A DNA stretch of 20,000 nucleotides. Source: an uncultured virus (IMG/VR IMGVR_UViG_3300008261_000015). Taxonomy: Duplodnaviria > Heunggongvirae > Uroviricota > Caudoviricetes. Under the pieces are notes generated by a model that saw only the letters and a program-made list of their open reading frames with translations, did no database searches and had not been told where the DNA came from. The translations under genes and the position numbers were made by a program. Each line of letters begins with the position of its first letter. The first letter of the stretch is position 1. Positions 15,695 through 20,000 of this stretch are shown in pieces. Where the stretch lies: IMG/VR virus record IMGVR_UViG_3300008261_000015. The stretch is one strand, 5' to 3'.

Positions 15695-15831
15695 TTCTTT
15701 AGATTTAAAATTCTGGTAATTAATGTTCTGTTGTCACCACACTTCGCGCGTAACTCAGCGTAGTACCTTACTTCTGCCATAAGCACAAATGCAAAGGCGA
15801 CCATAAAAACAAGAGCAAGGAACTTTCTCAT
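15691..15831 (-). CDS. 46-aa protein with an N-terminal hydrophobic segment
   Basis: Hand translation MRKFLALVFMVAFAFVLMAEVRYYAELRAKCGDNRTLITRILNLKK*; ATGA overlaps at both ends. Confidence 0.6.
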   Translation of the reverse strand: MRKFLALVFMVAFAFVLMAEVRYYAELRAKCGDNRTLITRILNLKK

Positions 15832-15971
15832 TTCAGTTCCATGCTAATTAGTTGTGGCCTCACGAATGACTCCTCGTGAATTCTTACTGCCAAATCCATG
15901 GCGCTCTTCTTAGATGTATGGGCGCCACCAATTGGGCACCCATTAAGCATCAATATATGCACGTATCTCAT
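15828..15971 (-). CDS. Hypothetical 47-aa protein
   Basis: Hand translation MRYVHILMLNGCPIGGAHTSKKSAMDLAVRIHEESFVRPQLISMELK*; A-rich leader. Confidence 0.55.
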   Translation of the reverse strand: MRYVHILMLNGCPIGGAHTSKKSAMDLAVRIHEESFVRPQLISMELK

Positions 15972-16011
15972 TGTATTAAATTGTTTTTTGATGAGTGGTA
16001 GTATGTTGTTA

Positions 16012-16239
16012 CTAGCGGATACCTAACGCAAGGTCTTCATTGTATTCCCACACGCCAGTCTGTAATGACTTGGCTATCTCCTCAGCGTACATGTGCTCCA
16101 TAGTCTTGCCGTCAACAATCACCGTGAACGTCTGTCTTCCTTCCACGAGATCCGACTTACGAATCACCACGTCAGAATTTTTGTGTATCCCAAATGTTGA
16201 TAGGAGACCCATACCGATAAATAAGATTATTGTTTTCAT
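16012..16239 (-). CDS. Hypothetical protein with a signal-peptide-like N-terminus
   Basis: MKTIILFIGMGLLSTFG hydrophobic start. Confidence 0.7.
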   Translation of the reverse strand: MKTIILFIGMGLLSTFGIHKNSDVVIRKSDLVEGRQTFTVIVDGKTMEHMYAEEIAKSLQTGVWEYNEDLALGIR

Positions 16240-16496
16240 GATAAGTTTTTGTCTAAAAATCCTGCAATTGTTTCAATGTGCATTTTATCAATACTTTGGC
16301 CATCCCAGATTACCCCATCGTGTTCAATCTCAAACTGATTAGTCAAGTCTATACATAAGTCATACAGACCATCAGAACCTAAATCACCTAAAGTATTTTT
16401 GATGACTTTAGGCATCAGTTCACATTCAAGTGCAAGGGTGATTTGCGCCACAATCTCGTGATGCGTCTTCGCCCAACTTCTGAATCCATTTGTCAT
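16236..16496 (-). CDS. Hypothetical protein (86 aa)
   Basis: ORF track; ATGA coupling. Confidence 0.75.
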   Translation of the reverse strand: MTNGFRSWAKTHHEIVAQITLALECELMPKVIKNTLGDLGSDGLYDLCIDLTNQFEIEHDGVIWDGQSIDKMHIETIAGFLDKNLS

Positions 16497-17089
16497 ATCT
16501 CTACCTCCTTACCTTTCTTGCAGTCGTATAAAGATTTCTGGTAGTTGCCAAGCGCAACCCTCTTTGCCCAACCCTTGTCTTGGATGTTCTCACAAATCTG
16601 GATGATAAGGTCGCCTTTGCGTTCTTTAATCGACAGATAGCCAAGTGATGATGCCTTCCAGTACAACTGCTTCAAGATGTCACTTGCCTCTTGCCATGGT
16701 AAGGATGCGTAACGCTCAACACGTGTAATGATGGCGGGAGATGCACTGCATACAACGTAACCCTCGTTGAATCTAATCTCGTTCGAATCCCAGTCAAGAA
16801 ACAAATCCTTCACACCTTCGTTTAAGGCCGACTTAATCTTTGCATCCAGATTCTTTACTTGCGTAGCAATCTGGTAAACTGATGTAGTCTTGTAACCTAA
16901 GTTCATTTGTCTACTACTAAGTTCTTCGTTCTTGGCTTGTTCAATCTGTAACTTGCTGAATACAGATGTTACTAAGTCAAAATGTTGTTGAGTTACCTTG
17001 TCTGCAAAGTACAATGCGTCAGAAACAACTTGTTCTGCGCGTTCCAAATCGAATCCGTTTGGCACGTTAATTTCAATTGTGTATTTCAT
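16493..17089 (-). CDS. Hypothetical protein (198 aa)
   Basis: ORF track; ATGA coupling on both sides. Confidence 0.75.
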   Translation of the reverse strand: MKYTIEINVPNGFDLERAEQVVSDALYFADKVTQQHFDLVTSVFSKLQIEQAKNEELSSRQMNLGYKTTSVYQIATQVKNLDAKIKSALNEGVKDLFLDWDSNEIRFNEGYVVCSASPAIITRVERYASLPWQEASDILKQLYWKASSLGYLSIKERKGDLIIQICENIQDKGWAKRVALGNYQKSLYDCKKGKEVEI

Positions 17090-17361
17090 TTTCTTTCTAA
17101 GTTTAAGTCTTCTGCAAAATAATCTATTGAATCATAAATAGCCTCAATGGTATGGTCATTTGTCAATGACTTGTACAAGATGTCTTGTGCCGTATCTTCA
17201 TCGCAATCATAGTTAGTCATCACATCTTCCACGTGCCATAAGTTTATCACGAAGTATCCATGGCGTTCTAAAATCTTTTTAGCATCCTCAATGCTAAGGT
17301 GCTCTTTTGCGTACTCCAATACCTCTTGCTTGGCAGTATCACTTGCTGGTGTGAATTTCAT
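17086..17361 (-). CDS. Hypothetical acidic protein (91 aa)
   Basis: ORF track; LWHVEDV motif; ATGA coupling. Confidence 0.75.
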   Translation of the reverse strand: MKFTPASDTAKQEVLEYAKEHLSIEDAKKILERHGYFVINLWHVEDVMTNYDCDEDTAQDILYKSLTNDHTIEAIYDSIDYFAEDLNLERK

Positions 17362-17573
17362 ATTTGAATTTGTTTTGGTTCTATAATTATATTGTCTCTG
17401 TATACATACTCTAACTCGTCCACCAAGTCTTCGTTGGTGTAGTCCTCGTTCAAGTCGCGCTTACGTTCAACGAACGGCACGAGAACGTCCATGATTTGAC
17501 GTTCCGTTAGGTCGGTAGCAATCATGAAGTTCTCCTCGTCCCATGCAGTTGTCTTGATTTCAAATGCTCTCAT
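17358..17573 (-). CDS. Hypothetical acidic protein (MRAFEIKTTAW...)
   Basis: Internal ATG at 17573 of ORF 17358..17600. Confidence 0.7.
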   Translation of the reverse strand: MRAFEIKTTAWDEENFMIATDLTERQIMDVLVPFVERKRDLNEDYTNEDLVDELEYVYRDNIIIEPKQIQI

Positions 17574-18102
17574 ACAACTCCTTAAGTTCGTCCAAGTCAT
17601 CAGCAGTTACGTATGTGAACTGAGACAACCACTCATCTAAAGTCAACACCTCGTCAGCGTAGTCAAGTCCTTTCTCTACCTCGAATAGGAACGACTCGTA
17701 ATCGAAGTGGTACAACCCCTCAAGGAATGGATACCTTACATCCTTCTCTCCTTTAGAGTCGATCGAAAAGATTCCCATGTAGTCATTACCAGACTCGCTG
17801 TACTTGTTGTCTACGTTAACTCCGTACTGCTCGTGTAGTACCCGTAGGAATCCGTTGCATGGTTCCCATGGAGTCTGGATATTCATGGAGATGTAGTCGT
17901 CCTCCAGAAACATTCCGTCCAAGTCAATCAACACATCCCACTTGCAACCCCACCTTTTTACGTTTGCTACAACGTCACCACCTTGGTAGTCCTTGTCCAA
18001 TGCGCGGAACATACGTCCGCTTGGGTTGGCTTCCAATACTTCTTTAATCTTGGAGACTCCATCTCCACTGATTTGAATAAAATTGTTACATAAATTTGCC
18101 AT
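17560..18102 (-). CDS. DUF1281/YubB (Api92-like) ferredoxin-fold protein
   Basis: MANLCNN, WGCKWD, TPWEP, YSESGNDYMG match the MPNWCxN / WGTKWD / TAWSPP / Y.E.G.df.G pattern. Confidence 0.75.
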   Translation of the reverse strand: MANLCNNFIQISGDGVSKIKEVLEANPSGRMFRALDKDYQGGDVVANVKRWGCKWDVLIDLDGMFLEDDYISMNIQTPWEPCNGFLRVLHEQYGVNVDNKYSESGNDYMGIFSIDSKGEKDVRYPFLEGLYHFDYESFLFEVEKGLDYADEVLTLDEWLSQFTYVTADDLDELKELYESI

Positions 18103-18107
18103 GATTC

Positions 18108-18257
18108 TTATAAGTTAGTTGTTCCAATTACTTTTACTCTATCTTGATTACTATCCATCCACCTAAGCCAATTCTCTAGGTGGTTGTTGTCCTTGAACTC
18201 CTTCACCTGCGTGAAGTACGTCCCGTAGGTACTCTTCATGTCTACCTTTACTTTCAT
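18108..18257 (-). CDS. Hypothetical 49-aa protein
   Basis: Hand translation MKVKVDMKSTYGTYFTQVKEFKDNNHLENWLRWMDSNQDRVKVIGTTNL*. Confidence 0.6.
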   Translation of the reverse strand: MKVKVDMKSTYGTYFTQVKEFKDNNHLENWLRWMDSNQDRVKVIGTTNL

Positions 18258-18349
18258 TGCTCTAGTATTTTAAGTCCAAGCATAAATCCAATTATGAATA
18301 TTGGAGATAGTGCTATAATTGTGTAGATAATTTCAATTAGTTTTCGCAT
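18254..18349 (-). CDS. 31-aa membrane peptide
   Basis: Hand translation MRKLIEIIYTIIALSPIFIIGFMLGLKILEQ*; overlaps both neighbours. Confidence 0.5.
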   Translation of the reverse strand: MRKLIEIIYTIIALSPIFIIGFMLGLKILEQ

Positions 18350-18513
18350 AACGTTGATACTTGAATGTGTTTTAAATAATTTTTCTTACTCTTTACCTTG
18401 TCCACCGCAATGTCACATGCGTGGTCTTCGTTGTTGGCGACCACCCTCATTCGAGTGGTACGCCATGTCAACTTATCTGATTGCCAGTCCACAACTACAC
18501 TATAGTATCTCAT
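18337..18513 (-). CDS. Hypothetical protein (MRYYSVVVDW...)
   Basis: ATG at 18513 forms an ATGA overlap with the upstream stop. Confidence 0.65.
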   Translation of the reverse strand: MRYYSVVVDWQSDKLTWRTTRMRVVANNEDHACDIAVDKVKSKKNYLKHIQVSTLCEN

Positions 18514-18740
18514 GCTAACATCCATTGGTCGTATATGTAGTCGTAGTCGCACTCCATTACTTCAGCAAGTCGCTCGAATACTCTTTCACGAATCACTGAA
18601 TCACTAACTCCGATGTACTTGTATACATCCTTGTACCTATCTAGTTGTCTAAACAATCCCTCGAATGTTGCCTCGGGGTGAATCTCGTAACCCAAGTCAT
18701 CTGTTGGGTAGTTTTCGGTGTACCAATCAATTATCTTCAT
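18510..18740 (-). CDS. Hypothetical acidic protein (76 aa)
   Basis: ORF track; YPTDDLG...DSVIRERVF. Confidence 0.75.
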   Translation of the reverse strand: MKIIDWYTENYPTDDLGYEIHPEATFEGLFRQLDRYKDVYKYIGVSDSVIRERVFERLAEVMECDYDYIYDQWMLA

Positions 18741-19053
18741 AGTGTAGAAAGTATTTTGGATCGAACTGATATTTTTCTCCGTTAAACAATGGGCTGTAAA
18801 TTAACTTACCCTCATTTGTTTCATGGTCGAAAATTGCAATGCACTCTTGCGTCATGATTTCGCACAACGCCTCAACAAAATTTCTATTGATGTAGTCCAA
18901 CACTCCTACGAATGTTGGTTCTTCAGCACCTTCGTACTGGCCTATCTTCTCTTGGTACTTCTCAAGTCCAAAGATTTTGAATTCATTAAGTAACTTGGCT
19001 ACTTGTTGCAGGGTAAGTGGGTTATTGTTTAACCCGATGTTGATTGTGTACAT
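18727..19053 (-). CDS. Hypothetical protein (108 aa)
   Basis: ORF track; INIGL...EPTFV...QECIA...FDPKYF. Confidence 0.75.
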   Translation of the reverse strand: MYTINIGLNNNPLTLQQVAKLLNEFKIFGLEKYQEKIGQYEGAEEPTFVGVLDYINRNFVEALCEIMTQECIAIFDHETNEGKLIYSPLFNGEKYQFDPKYFLHYEDN

Positions 19054-19057
19054 AGTT

Positions 19058-19234
19058 TTAATTGTCTTCTAAGTTTTTCCAGTCTGGATTGATTTCGATA
19101 TACTCTTTAATTAACCTAGCGTTATCTTCGCTAAGACTTGCCAGATTTTCTAGCAGTTCTACAAATAGGTAGGAACATGCATCTTGCACATCCTCCGATA
19201 CCCTTTCTCTAATTTTACTGAGGTGTTGGTTCAT
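19058..19234 (-). CDS. Hypothetical 58-aa protein
   Basis: Hand translation MNQHLSKIRERVSEDVQDACSYLFVELLENLASLSEDNARLIKEYIEINPDWKNLEDN*. Confidence 0.6.
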   Translation of the reverse strand: MNQHLSKIRERVSEDVQDACSYLFVELLENLASLSEDNARLIKEYIEINPDWKNLEDN

Positions 19235-19619
19235 AATTAAATTGTTTGAAACTTGAAAATATTCTGTATCCTCTTATCACTACATCATCACGCTCGTTTC
19301 TTTTGGTGGAAGTCTCAACTTCAAGTATCCATTCATCACCAACGTGTGTATACTTTACGTCTGAAGAGTTAGAGAATTTTTCAATAATTATATTCTCAAT
19401 AGCCAAGTCTAGTTCATCACTTGTGCCATCAAGCAGTAACGTATTCCCGTCTGTATTCGCTCTGTAGTTAGCGTAGTGTTGAGTGTAAAAGTAATCACCT
19501 TTACAACCGCAACCACATGCATTTAATACTCCTTTATAAACTCCAGATATGTTTTCCCAATTGATTTTGAAGTTCATTGGTTCATATAATGGGGTTGCAT
19601 TTTTGATTTGAAATTCCAT
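19215..19619 (-). CDS. Hypothetical protein with a CGCGC motif
   Basis: ORF 19215..19643 with likely start MEFQIK at 19619; YKGxxxACGCGCKG. Confidence 0.7.
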   Translation of the reverse strand: MEFQIKNATPLYEPMNFKINWENISGVYKGVLNACGCGCKGDYFYTQHYANYRANTDGNTLLLDGTSDELDLAIENIIIEKFSNSSDVKYTHVGDEWILEVETSTKRNERDDVVIRGYRIFSSFKQFNYEPTPQ

Positions 19620-19620
19620 G

Positions 19621-19797
19621 TTATCCTTCGGTTTCAAGTTCAATTTTTTCTTCAGTTACACAACACTGCTCCAACTCTATGGTATAAATCATGTCGCCTA
19701 GTTCGTTCAATTTTTTGAACGCGTCCTGCTCGTTTTCAGCGTCAACTACAATGAGTGTTTCGTACACTCTGGTCATTTTGAATGTGTAAGTTTTCAT
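19621..19797 (-). CDS. Small protein resembling the DpnD/PcfM-like family
   Basis: MKTYTFKMTRVYETLIVVDAENEQDAFKK fits a V.A.xE.EA pattern; start at 19797 after an A-rich leader. Confidence 0.55.
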   Translation of the reverse strand: MKTYTFKMTRVYETLIVVDAENEQDAFKKLNELGDMIYTIELEQCCVTEEKIELETEG

Positions 19798-19875
19798 TTT
19801 GTTATGGGTTATGGTTTTAAATAAATAGCACCTACTCGCAATCAAATGCCACGCTCTAGGCGGTAGGTGTGTAAG

Positions 19876-19998
19876 TTAATCCTCTTCTTCCTCGTCCTCC
19901 CATTCAGTCCAATAAATTACATCGTCTGCATAAGCATCATCGATGTCTCTATACCCTTGGTCGATGCAATACTGCAATGCATCTGATTCGTACTTGAA
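19876..19998 (-). CDS. C-terminal fragment of an acidic hypothetical protein (starts beyond the window)
   Basis: ...FKYESDALQYCIDQGYRDIDDAYADDVIYWTEWEDEEEED*. Confidence 0.6.
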   Translation of the reverse strand, partial: FKYESDALQYCIDQGYRDIDDAYADDVIYWTEWEDEEEED

Positions 19999-20000
19999 GT

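Noticed and set aside
9746..19467. Scattered plus-strand ORFs within the minus-strand block
   Set aside because: All are antisense to well-supported, translationally coupled genes.
1..20000. CRISPR array, integrase, transposase, reverse transcriptase/DGR, or stop-codon recoding
   Set aside because: No spaced direct repeats or such enzyme motifs were seen. Genes are intact in the standard code and all three stop codons are used; the tRNA is not a suppressor.

Overview
Segment of a tailed dsDNA bacteriophage, most likely infecting Bacteroidota. The host inference rests on TAnnTTTG promoter boxes, A-rich translation starts without Shine-Dalgarno motifs, and a BT4734/VirE-N-type primase. The plus-strand block (1-5764) holds the 3' part of a very large, probably internal virion protein, a calcineurin-like metallophosphoesterase, a small HNH-like protein, a DUF1599/Nmad1-like protein, and two single-gene terminator+promoter cassettes. 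The minus-strand block (5765-20000) holds many tightly coupled small ORFs, tRNA-Thr(UGU), a replication/recombination module (VRR-NUC nuclease, SF2 helicase, primase-helicase, putative origin, SSB-like protein, RecE-like exonuclease, ERF recombinase), a MazG-like pyrophosphatase and a DUF1281/YubB-like protein. The most unusual signals are a two-state or kissing-loop structured RNA ending exactly at the tRNA 5' end, fused terminator-promoter cassettes driving an unannotated 43-aa basic KKYRGQGR peptide, an iteron/hairpin origin candidate, tandem MKQTAV paralogs, and a small three-way-junction RNA. All protein family calls come from motif recognition by eye; no searches were run.
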